Assembly (NCBI GenBank): GCA_964016885.1
Contig: OZ024745.1
Span: 91,450,001-91,514,000 of the forward strand
Direction of reading: 5' to 3'
DNA length: 64,000 nucleotides
DNA from: Eledone cirrhosa
Lineage: Eukaryota
Shown here: one piece after another, positions 15,788 to 26,970 of the stretch
How the letters are laid out: every line of letters starts with the position of its first letter
Position numbering within the stretch: the stretch's first letter is position 1
The notes under the pieces: generated by a model
What the model was told of the DNA's origin: nothing
Seen by the model: the letters and a program-made list of their open reading frames with translations, nothing else
The model's database searches: none
Position numbers and translations under genes: made by a program

Positions 15788-16908
15788 ATAAATAGTTAAT
15801 TATTATGAACCTCACAAATACAACACGCAATTAAAGTTAAACTATTTCTCTATACATGTCTATAAAATGAACTGTATGTCTAAGGCTAGGATTTGTGCAG
15901 ATAAGATAAATTTTGATAACATATATAGTATTTATTCATTTAAGCCTGGATTCCTCCATCCTCAAACTTTTTTACGGTACCCTTTTTTTAAAACGATCTT
16001 TGGATTTTGGGTTTTGAACGTTAGTTTCAGAATCTCCATTAATTTTTAAATCAGAAACTTATTAGAGTTAATGTATATACTGCTGCGATGCAGTGAGTGT
16101 GTGTGTGAAAATATTCAATTTGCATTTGAAATGTATTAATATATTTTATTTACATTGGTTAGATCGGTATTAAATAGGGATTTATTTTGGTTCAAATCCC
16201 TTCAGGGTCAACGTTGCCCCCCCCCCCCTTTGTTTATTTTTGTTTTTTTCCGGTGTCGAAGAAATAAAGTACCAGTCCAGTGCGGTTAATTGGTAGAGCG
16301 TCGGACGAGATGCATTGCGACATATGTTCTGCTGACCGTTTGTGTTATAGTGCTGACTGCTTGGGTGGTAGACCGTTTGTGTTGTAGTGCTGACTGCTTG
16401 GGTGGTAGACTTAATTCATTGCCCGGTGCCCGGTTTAACACCACCATCTAATTCTTGGGTGTCTTCAACGGAGTTCGCCCTGTTGCTAGCATTCGTGTCA
16501 GGTTTTATGAGAAGGTATCTTATTTCATTACTCTGACGAAATGCTGGAAAAGGAAAAAAAATTATTGTAATTGAAACTGAAATAACATTAACATTTTTCA
16601 GAATTATCATTGGTTGTTAATATTGACATATATATATATATATATATATTCAAAATAGGGCGTGCACAGTCCCATCTCCTCAGTCAAGCTCTGAAAATCA
16701 CTACGGTTTGGGTCGGTGCATTAATATATATGTGCGTGTGTGTCTGCAATGCTGATACCGGGGAGAGACAAATCTATGCATGGGAAGAAGCAGAGTGGGT
16801 ATAGAGGAAAGTAAAATGCCCACCGCGACACCTGGCGGTTTCGGTTTGTATTCGTCGATCCTTCAAAGGTGTACTGGGGTATGAAGAATTTTTCTCGAAT
16901 TTATAAAT

Positions 16909-16950
<42 letters not shown>

Positions 16951-16976
16951 GTGTATATATATATACATAAATACAT

Positions 16977-17590
16977 GATGGCTGCTCCCTCGTTATCGAG
17001 TATGGCCATTGCACGATATACCATCATTAATAATTATTAATTAATTCTATCGTGCAATGCCTGTGCGTGAAGATATTTTTTAAAGTGAGGAAAGACTGTG
17101 CACTGAGCCAATCCCACACTCTGAGCAACAGTAGCTATAACACGAAAAGAAGAAAAGATCAACATCATCGGTAACTACTGAGCCGCAGGATTTATATCGG
17201 AGTTATCCCAGTTTCCTGAGTTGCCTTCTAGAAGAATGCCCTGACAAAGGCTAGGGGTCCTTCACTCCCAGTGGTTTAACCGCGCGATCGGGTGTCCAGC
17301 CCAACTATTTCTATGTCCCCACGCATATACATACACATGCATCCATGTATATACACACATACATATACATATGTACATACATATTTACACACTTTTGGAT
17401 GGCCGTTGACTCTTATGAGTTCTTCCGCCCTTTGTCAGGTTTTGTTTTTTGTCCTGCAGGGTGTCCAAAATCACCCTCCTCACCAAGTAAACTTGGTGGG
17501 GTTGCCAGTTTAGTCGCTGACGACCCCACCATGCGATAGGTTGTATTGGGTTACATGTTACCAGTAGCACTCAAAAGTGACCCGACATAA
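16977..17590 (-). mobile_element. Non-autonomous RTE derivative (putative 5' UTR joined to the RTE 3' end)
   Basis: Terminal gcaatggccatactcgataacgagggagcagccatcat matches the LINE 3' end near 14155-14193; body matches 12570-12910. Confidence 0.7.
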
Positions 17591-17609
17591 ATATATACAC
17601 ATATATATA

Positions 17610-17948
17610 TGGAGGCACATGGCTTAGTGGTTAGAGCATTGGCCTTGCAATCGAAAGGTTGTGAGTTAAATTCTCAGACCGGGTGATGTGTTGTTTCCTT
17701 GAGCAAGACACTTTATTTCACATTGCTCCAGTTTACTCAGCTGTAGAAATGAGATGATAGGGACTGGGGTCCATATCATTCCACTGCAAAGTGGTCGTGG
17801 AGGTGCCACGGCAAAAAGCACGCAGCACTCACTGTAAATGAGGTTGGTGTTAGGAAGGGCATCCAGCTGTAGAAATCAAGCCAGAATCAGTTCACGTCCC
17901 ACCCTTGCAAGCAGGGAAAAGCGGACGTAAAATGATGATGATGATGAT
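17610..17948 (+). mobile_element. tRNA-derived SINE with (GAT)n tail
   Basis: A box tggcttagtgg, degenerate B box, ccttgagcaagacactt core, 3' tail shared with the RTE; minus copies at 54655-55092, 55412-55712, 59383-59615, related 28660-28945. Confidence 0.85.
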
Positions 17949-19353
17949 ATATATATATATATACATACACACACACACACACACATATATAGAGGCACAA
18001 TTTTTCTTAAGTAAAGTTCTAAATATCGGCTTAATAATGAAGTTATTTTCCTCAAAATATTTTGTTATTTTCAAAAAATAAGTGAAGAAAATGACCTTGA
18101 AGTTGTGTAGCCTTGAGCCAGTCCTGGTGAACTAGATCTATTATCAAAAGCTCTTGCCATGACCATCCTATTTTTTTATAAATAGTAGGCCATTTCAATG
18201 AGGTTAGGCTTAACCGTGAAGTCAAAAGAGAACCTGTTGTCATGTAGGCAGAATGAGCAAGCCATGTAGAGACAACACGCTGTTGTAATACTCTGGAAAT
18301 CTCTTCAGCTCAATAGATTAGATCCTGATCTCTTAATAGCTCAAACTTCACCTACCAAATGGAAAAATTATGGAATTCTTTGACAAAACAAATAACTCAA
18401 GTCAGATAATTAGTCTACCACAAACACATTATATCTATGCAGTTTGTATGGCTCCATTTCACCCAGCTGTAAAAATGAGTTGCAACGTAACTGGTGCCAA
18501 GCTGTATTGGTCTTTGCCTTTCCCTTGGACAACATTAGTGGCATGGTGATGGGAAACTGCTGGTTTTCCACAAAAACTTGGACTTGTGTCTCAGAAGTGA
18601 AACTTTCTAGGTACAAATCTCATTGTCATTCATGACTGAAGGGAGTCTTTACCCTTTATATATATATATTTTCTTTTTCTATTTTCAATTTCTTTGTATC
18701 TCCTATCTTCTATTCTCTGTTTGGGCTCAACATAATCCTATTATATAATATTCTGCAAAAAACACCTGATGAAATCGTCTAGTTTTACATGATAATCTGA
18801 CTCTTTTCCTATATATATATATATATGAAGTGTCATAGGGCTCAGCCATTGAAATATGTATAGTAGTGCTTTCGTGGAATTAAAACTGTAAAGTAAATTT
18901 TCCAGGCTGTTGTTGTTTTAATGAATACTTTTCTCCGTTCCTGCACCAACCACTGGATACCACATCTATGATGGATGATTTGCATAATGTTGAGTGCTTT
19001 AATTAATTTGCTGCATCATTGTTTACCAACCCAAACCACCAGTTCTACTCTACCCATTGGTAAACAGCCTAACATAAATGATATATATATATATATATAA
19101 TTATATTTGAGAAAAGTAAACAAGATAAGAAAAAAATCCTAACACAGTAAGCCACATAAGAAAGCCAGGAGTTGGACTAGGTTGCCAGAGGTATTTGAGG
19201 CGCATGCCATGAGGAGCATTTTTTTAGAAGTGTGAGCTCAGCCTAGCAACCTTGGAACCATATATATATATATATAACAAAGAAAGTGTGGTAAGAAACC
19301 AAGTGGACCTTAATGCACCAGAGTACTCGATACTTAGGGTAGTAAAGTGGGTA

Positions 19354-19478
19354 ATAGGAAAAAAGTCAGGACCCCGACGGCTGAGCTCTGGCCGTTTCGA
19401 CAGCTAGATCCGTTTAGTTCAGATCTAGCTGTTGAAACAGCCGGAGCTCAACCGTTGGGGTCCTGACTCTTTTCCTAT
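19354..19478. repeat. Imperfect palindrome (57-bp arms, 11-nt loop) carrying 3' halves of hammerhead motifs
   Basis: Minus arm: GAA ACGGC cagagcuca GCCGU C GGGGUC; CUGANGA is lost at the fold-back point; related copy 60629-60700. Confidence 0.8.
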
Positions 19479-19949
19479 ATATATATATATATAAATATAA
19501 TTTAGCGAAAATCGCATTTCGGCAAGTAGAAATTAGCGAAACGCAACTTCCAATTTGTGTTGGCAAGCACTCAATGGATAGGAATATACCAGAGCAATAA
19601 ACACGTTTATATATATATAAAATCTTTCAACTAGTACTCTTGGAAGTGTCATGGAAAAAAGCGCTGTCATTCTATGGCAAGTTGGAAGGCCTGTCCTGGT
19701 GTGATGTCAGGGTTTCTTTGATTGACCTCTGGTCTTGTGGCCAGACATCCTTGGATTATACTCACAATCATACTCCTTGTTGTATATGACAATGGATTGA
19801 ACATGTTCCCACAATTTTCCTGATTCTGTCCTGTCTAGTTTTGTTAACAGCTTTTCTCTGGCAGTATATCTAGTGGGTCATGACTTTGTGTTCTAGAGGC
19901 TGTGTTAGGGTCAAGGTTTGGCATTGGTATGTGAGAATAGGAATAACGA

Positions 19950-20165
19950 TTAACCCTTTAGCATTTACATTACTCTGTATTTACTATTATATTTTCACAG
20001 TAAAGGCTTTACCTCACATAATTATCTTATATAATGTCGAATCTATGAGATCTTGATATTTATTTTGAGAACAATACCTTAACATCAGTATGAGCAGCTG
20101 GTTTTAACAGAAAATGGAGAGAGAATTCTTGCCGGATACAACCAGTTTAAATGCTAAAGGGTTAA
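19950..20165. mobile_element. TTAA-flanked MITE (TIR ccctttagcattt), multicopy
   Basis: ttaa-ccctttagcattt...aaatgctaaaggg-ttaa; other copies at ~21314, 22204-22417, ~25504, 29374-29579, 32524-32730, 35638-35857, 63481-63696. Confidence 0.85.
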
Positions 20166-23044
20166 GGTGATCAGCTTAACTTTAGTTTTCATTGGGATGT
20201 TACGGTATTTCAAGAGTTTACCAATCTGGTAGTTGATGCTATTGGCCTTCTGCATTCTGGTCTAAATGTCTCTGTTTAGTCTATTATCATCAGTAAAGAT
20301 ATTTCCTAGGAACTTGGACTCTTTCACTTGTTTCAGTTTGGACTTGTTGACACCCATATTGAAGTGGCTTGATGATCTACAAACCTTCATCACCTCTGTT
20401 TTGTTAATGCTGATATATATAGTAATAATAACTTTAATCTGTTATTTTAATATATATATATATATATATATATTTTCTAAGCCTCAGTGTCATTCTTTGT
20501 TTGTGTTGGATGATAATCCATATTATTCTCTTCTGTTTTACTAATTCTCTCTTTTCTATATTTTTTCTCCTTTGGCTAAGCCCCCACACACCGTTCTCTC
20601 CCTTCTTTGTCAGTTGATGCACTGGGGATACTTTTCCTTCTATATTTGTGTAATTCACTTAATAGCATAACTTGTCTCTACTTGTTTTGTTTTGTCTCAA
20701 TGTGCACAGGAATGAATAGTATCAACTTTAAATGACCAAAACTGTAGTGATTTCCAGAGGTTGACTGATGAGATGGGACTGTTTGTCTTTCCATTGTCTT
20801 TGTCCTGTGCACCCCTGTTATATTCTTTTAATTGATTTGTGTTCACTATTCCTTCCATGGTTAACATGTTCATCACTTTGGCGGTTTTAAATACCCTATG
20901 ATTGGACACATATCTCTATGTGTACTTCTCTCTATATACTGATTTATAAAGAGCCTGGAATGTATTCCTTGAACTCATTAAATTATAGGGGATGAATGTG
21001 AGTCTTTAACTTCACTTTTTAATTTGATATATATATATGATGCATGACTTCGAGGTTAGGGTCTGCATCTCACAATCATAAAGTCACATTGCTCCAGTCC
21101 AACAGCTGGCAAGAATGAACTCAAAACTACATAGTTGAAAAGTGAATGTTTTAATCACACAGCTATGTTTATACACATACACCCCCACTTATATTTGCAC
21201 TATGCATTCACAATCACATAATCATCTTTGCTTACATAACTCTAATGTTCACAGAACAATCAAAACTAATATAACAGATTTAATTGTATCACAGATTGTA
21301 TACTTCAAATATGTTTAACTCTTTAGCATTAAAACCGAGTGTATCCTGCCAGAATTCTCTCACCTTTTTCTATTCAAACTGGCCATTCATACCAACATTA
21401 AGGTATTGTTCTCAAAATAAATAAAATCAAAATTTCATAGATTCAATATTATGTGAGGTAATTATGAAAATACCATGAAAATATAATAATATATATAAAG
21501 TAATGTGGGTTAAATATTATTAACTTGTAATATAATTTAGAACTGTGAGAAAAGTCACTCATCGTGTAGCTTGCGTCAGGCTTATATTTTTATTTAGTTT
21601 TATATGATGACAATTTAGTAGAGAATGACGTAGGTAAGTGAACTACAAAACATGGTGTTTTTTTTGTATTTTATTATATTTTTAACAAATAAATTAGTTG
21701 ATTATAAACATTGGCATGGGTATTGTTTGTTCGCTTTTCTGGTGGGGCTGGGGTCTTTTTCTTGCTGAAATGAACTGAAAGGTTTTCGCAATATAGGATT
21801 TCTCTGTGAGTTTTGGTGTATTTGGACATTAGACTTAATTCTATATCCCTTTAGAGTTGGTAAACAATGTATTCTTTATGTTCTAAACATCTCTTTTGTT
21901 ACGGATGGGGGTAGGGGTTCCAAGGATTCTAGTTTTTTTTTTCCTTTTACATATTTTTACTTCACTCAGCAATCATCACCGTTTAAATGTCAAAATTTCC
22001 ATGTTAGCATGGGTTAGACGAATTGTCCTGTTGTGAGATAGGCCAGGTCAGATGATCATGTCTTGCTCATACGGAACTGATTTTGGCTTGGTTTCCTAAA
22101 CTAGATGCCCTTACTAATAACAAATCATCAAACTTGGGAAATTTTATCACTCATTTATTTACTGGCATGAAACTGGAGCTAAGCACCAACTTTCAACAAC
22201 CCTTTAGCCCTTTAGCATTTAAACTGGCCGATTCCGGCCATAACTCTCTCATATCTTTCTGTTCAAACCAGCTGTAACTAGCTGCTAATACATACATTAA
22301 GGTATTGTTATCAAAATCTTGTAGATTCAATATTATGTGAGACAATTATGTAAGATAAAGCCTTTAAGGTGAAAGTACAATAGTAAATATAGAATGATGT
22401 AAATGCCAAAGGGTTAAAGCTATAAACAGCATTTACATACATCTTGGTCCTACATTATTATATGTACAAGTAGAAATTTGATAAGTTTCTCTCAGCTCAT
22501 TAATTAGTACTTATATTATCTACGTAGATTTAGCCATAATTTCCAAAAAGTTTGTTGTTTCGTCCCCTTCCAGCATGGATCATCTCAACATTTATTCAGA
22601 TATAGTGTATCTACATTATCCAATGTGTCATACCTTGTTCAAAGTAGTAGAAGGATTTGGCTACTATTTCTAGCATGTTGAGTGACTGTATAAGAGTTCC
22701 CTTTGGTTTGACCAGTAGATTTGTCATGTCTTGGTGTTCATTCTCTTGGTGGTGCCTATTACCAAAAACATCCACCTCTACTACTTGGTAACAAAAGCTA
22801 TTTTCTACTTCTAGTGAACATTCCAAACAATTATATTCAATGTGTATTTTTACTACAAACTACTCACATACATATTCTACCAGCCTACATGTTATCCCAC
22901 TACACTTGTGCATCCATATTAATCATATTGATTGATTGATCAAAATGACTTTAGATAAATCTTACAGGATGAAATTGAACACTCACTTGTCTAGTGGTTT
23001 TGTTCAGTTTATTCTGTAGTAAATAGGTTTTCAATTTAAAATAA

Positions 23045-23240
23045 TAATTGTTTCTACTTTTGGCACAAGGCCAGCAATTACCCCAGTGCATTACTGGTAC
23101 TTTATTTTATCGACCCCGTAAGGATGAAAGACTAAGTTAACCTCGCCAGGATTTGAACTCAGATCATTCATAAAGGGCCGTAACTCTATGCTGCAAAGCA
23201 TGGCATCCGACTCTCTACCAATATTGCCGATCCATCTGTA
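23045..23240 (-). mobile_element. SINE (family of 41161-41735)
   Basis: Reverse complement of the tandem SINE unit. Confidence 0.8.
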
Positions 23241-23244
23241 TATT

Positions 23245-23860
23245 TAAAATAATAATAATGAAAATTATTGTGTACAGTGCTCAGGTGCACTACAACTCAT
23301 CAAATGGGCATGTATAGTGCATAAAATAATGTACAAATGTCAGGAAAGTGAACAGTTTATGAATCATGATACAGACACACACATGTGTATGGAGGGGGAA
23401 TATTAGGTGTAGTGTTGGTGAATTTTGGGAAGCATGGAAGTCTCGAAGGATGTGTCCTGACAGCTAACAACTGATGCAGGTCAGGGCCGTCTTAACAGCA
23501 TTATAGGCCCCTGGTCAAAGCAGAGCACTGGGGCCCCTACCTACACAACCACTCACAGCAATAAAAATACAAACGGGGCCCCCTATCCTCGTGGGGCCCC
23601 CGGGCAACTACCCAGCATGCCCATGCATTAAGACGGCCCTGATGCAGGTAGTTTGTTCCATGCTTCAGCAACTCTGAGAATGAAAAAATGTTTCCGAAAA
23701 TCATGGGAGCGGTACTGTTTTCTGATTTTGTAAGCATGTCCACTGGTGTTAGGCATATGGAATTCAAAATTGTACTTAGGGTCGTTGTTGGAAAGATGGT
23801 TAATAATCTTGTAGGTGTCTAGCAAGTCAGTTGCCAGACATCGGAGCTTTAATGTATCAG
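23245..23860 (-). mobile_element. CR1-like LINE 3' fragment interrupted by a MITE
   Basis: DLLDTYKII...TSGHAYKI...RKHFFILRVAEAWNKLP; (ATT)n tail. Confidence 0.8.
23482..23641. mobile_element. hAT-type MITE with perfect TIRs and 8-bp TSD
   Basis: TIR cagggccgtcttaa/ttaagacggccctg; TSD atgcaggt on both sides. Confidence 0.9.
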
Positions 23861-24021
23861 CTTTGATCAGAATGATTTTAGATAAATCTTACAGGAAGGT
23901 TTGTTCTCTGGTAAATATGTTTTCAATTTGATCAGAATGACTTGAAATAAATCTTACAGGACGGAATTGAAGATTCGCCAGTCTAGTGGTTTCATTTGGT
24001 TTGTTCTGTGGTAAATATGTC

Positions 24022-24368
24022 CTGTTGTCCCACAGTATTCGTGGGGGTTATGTTCCTAGAGCACCTGCAAAGAGTATAAAACCATGAATATTGGATGTGG
24101 TACATAAAAATGCCTATAAACTTCAAAATGTAAAGTAAAATGTAATTAAAAAAAAAGAGGGGCCATTCAATAGACTGGCAAATACCGTATATTGTTATTA
24201 ATAATTTAGCGTTAAAATATATATATTGCCATGAAAAAAGCCATTAGAAAAATTGTGGAAGATATTATCGACTCTGCGAATATGTGGTGGTTTCCACAAA
24301 AAATTATTAGTTAGGTTCTAAGAAAAATTCCACAAATAACCAGGACTGCAAATGCCGGGGGTTCACTG
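24022..24368. mobile_element. Tigger/pogo-like MITE
   Basis: Homologous to 45138-45464; ends ...cactg-ta. Confidence 0.7.
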
Positions 24369-24782
24369 TATTCTATTTTACTTGTACACATCATAATTTC
24401 ACAAGGACTGGCTGGTTATATATCTTATCTTATATTTTCCTACATTGTCAATTAGTCATAATAGTAGTGTAAACACTCACCTTTATAGTTAATCATTGGC
24501 TGGTGTACCAAACATTATTGATTATTAATCAACAATACTAATTTCTCATGCTGTAAATAATATTGATGTATATATTTTCCTTATTGTATGTACAGTATGC
24601 TTAAAGACGTGAGGATGTGAATATATTTTCATTTTGTACTTATTTTAATAGGTTTCAAAATCCATACATATCTATGTATATATATTGAGAGGTGTTCATA
24701 TGGATTTGTATATATGATAAAGTATGTGTTTGTGCTTGTATATTTAAATGGTGTTTGCTTGTTGCTTCATGTGTATGTGTTA

Positions 24783-25252
24783 TTAATCCTTTCATAACTA
24801 TATTTCTAATGAAATACACTCTATTATTTTATTTTATTAATGAAGTATTTTGAAAGATTTTCTAAAATTATTAATTATTTCATTACTAGGATGGTAACTT
24901 AATGTATAAAAAATTATGTCGGAAGATTTTAATATAAATTGGAAACCTTTAAAATGGGTGGCTTTATTTCATAGAACCAGAGCTGGTTTTGGCTGGGCTG
25001 GTAATTAAAATTTTAACTCTTTCATGACCACATTTCTAATGAAATATACTCTATTTTAATTAATTAATGAAGAATTTTGAGGGATTTACTAAAATTATTA
25101 ATTATTTCATTACTAAGATAGTAACTTAATGTAAGGTTCTTATGTAAAATTATGTTAGAAGATTTTAATTTAAACTGGAGATCTTTAAAATGGGTGGTTT
25201 TATTTCATAGAACCAGAGCTGGTTTTAGCTAGATTGGTAATTAAAGTGTTAA
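24783..25252. mobile_element. Tandem dimer of a second TTAA-flanked MITE family
   Basis: Two ~235-bp direct copies; inverted copies at 41967-42340. Confidence 0.7.
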
Positions 25253-26324
25253 AAAGTTATTATGATAGACATGTATTGTACATATTAATTTGCATATTGT
25301 CTTGTATCATCTGTTTTGTTCAATTTTGATGAATTAGGCCACCTATAAGGGATACTATGTTTTCAATGAATTTTATGCTACATTCCAATTAAGTTAATGA
25401 GTCTTTCTTTCACCTTAATTATCATCAGTTTAGGGTCTATTTTTCAATACTGAGTGGATTCACACATGATTCAATCTTGAATTCAGGCAGTACTGTTGGC
25501 TCTTTAACCCTTTAGCATTTACATTACTCTATATTTACTATTATATTTTCACAGTAAAGGCTTTACCTCACATAATTTTCTCACATAATATTGAATCTGT
25601 GAGTTTTGGTATTATTTATTTTGAGAACAACAGCTTAACATAAGTATGAGCAGCTGGTTACAGCTAGTTTGAACAGAAACAGGTGAGAGTATTCTGGCTG
25701 GATATGACCAGTTTATTCCTGGGTTAATCCTGTCATTACCATATTTCTAATGAAAGACATTGCCTAGGATTTTCAATTAATTTATAATCTTTAGTTATAT
25801 ATTCATGTCATTTTTCTTGTTTAACAATTGCGTAAGTATTCGTCTAAATAACAATGATAATAACTTTTTCTAATTTAGAGACAAGGCCAGTAATTTGAGG
25901 GGTGGGAAAAGTCGATTAAATCGACACCAGTGTATTACTGGTGCTTTATTTTATCAACTGTGTAAGGATGAAAGGCAGAGCTAACCTCAACAGGATTTGA
26001 ACTCAGAACATAAAGAACTAGAAGAAAAAGCACAAGGTATTTTGTCTGACATTCTAATGTATCTATAATATTATTGTTATTATTAATAGTAATGATAATT
26101 CTATCATCTATTAGACACAAGGACTCACTGATAGAATACAATAATAATTATGGACTTAGGGGTTACAATACATGTGGAGCAGGACAAAATATAGCTATAT
26201 AAAAACATGAAATGAATATAAAATATTATATAACAACAATTAATACAAGATACGCCAGGTTCAGAAATTAATGCAGTATTTTAAACATTAACTTTAAAAG
26301 GAAGCCTGCACCAAGCACTCTACA

Positions 26325-26970
26325 TGTAAATGAAGTTCCATCGAAGCAGGTAGAGAAGTTCAAGTATCCCTTGTTCATGAGTGATGGAAGGCAGGAGGCT
26401 GAATTAAGTATAAGAATTGCAAAAGCTGATGCAGTAATGCGCCAGCATCAGCATTCAGTAATCAAGAAGAAGGGAGGTGGGCATAAAAGCCAAACTCACT
26501 ATCTTCAATTCAGTATTCGTGCCTACCTTTACTTATGGTCATGAATCTTGGGTAATTAAAAGGAAAGAACGCGATCGTGAATACAAGCAGCCAAAACGAG
26601 GCTCCTCCAAAGGATCTTTGGAGTAACATTACTCAATAGAGTGGATAGCTCGGAGATCAGAGAGTCACTCCAGGTAGAGCCGTTACTTCTCTGAATTGAG
26701 ATATCACAGCTCCTGTACTATGGTCATGTGGTTAGAATGTCTCAGGAAAGAATCGCTGGATAGAGTTTACGGGTAAAACCAGCCAGCAGGAGACAAAGGG
26801 GTAGACTCCGAGCAAGATGGTTGGATAACATCCATGAGCTTGGCCCGTATCGCTTGGGGATCCAGCTGGATCAGTTGGAGACGGTTGCTTCTGACAGGAC
26901 TTGCTGGAAGGAGTGCTTGAAGACTCTCTGCCTCCACAACCCTCTCAGGAATAAGTGGGCAAAGAAGAAT
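26325..26970 (+). mobile_element. Degenerate RTE (Rex3/Expander-like) LINE 3' fragment
   Basis: QVEKFKY..., PTFTYGHESW, IEISQLLYYGHVVRM; same family at 30890-31750, 34165-34460 and 38870-39230 (minus). Confidence 0.8.

Larger units (their letters stand above)
14336..15909. repeat. 144-bp inverted repeat pair (14336-14479 / 15766-15909)
   Basis: Arms appear to be exact reverse complements, 1286 bp apart. Confidence 0.9.

Noticed and set aside
17610-17685. tRNA gene (e.g. tRNA-Sec near PSTK)
   Set aside because: tRNA-like head continues into a multicopy SINE body; no complete cloverleaf seen
20705-20810. CTGATGA with a tcaac/gttga stem
   Set aside because: No GAAA and no stem II partner; at best a decayed motif
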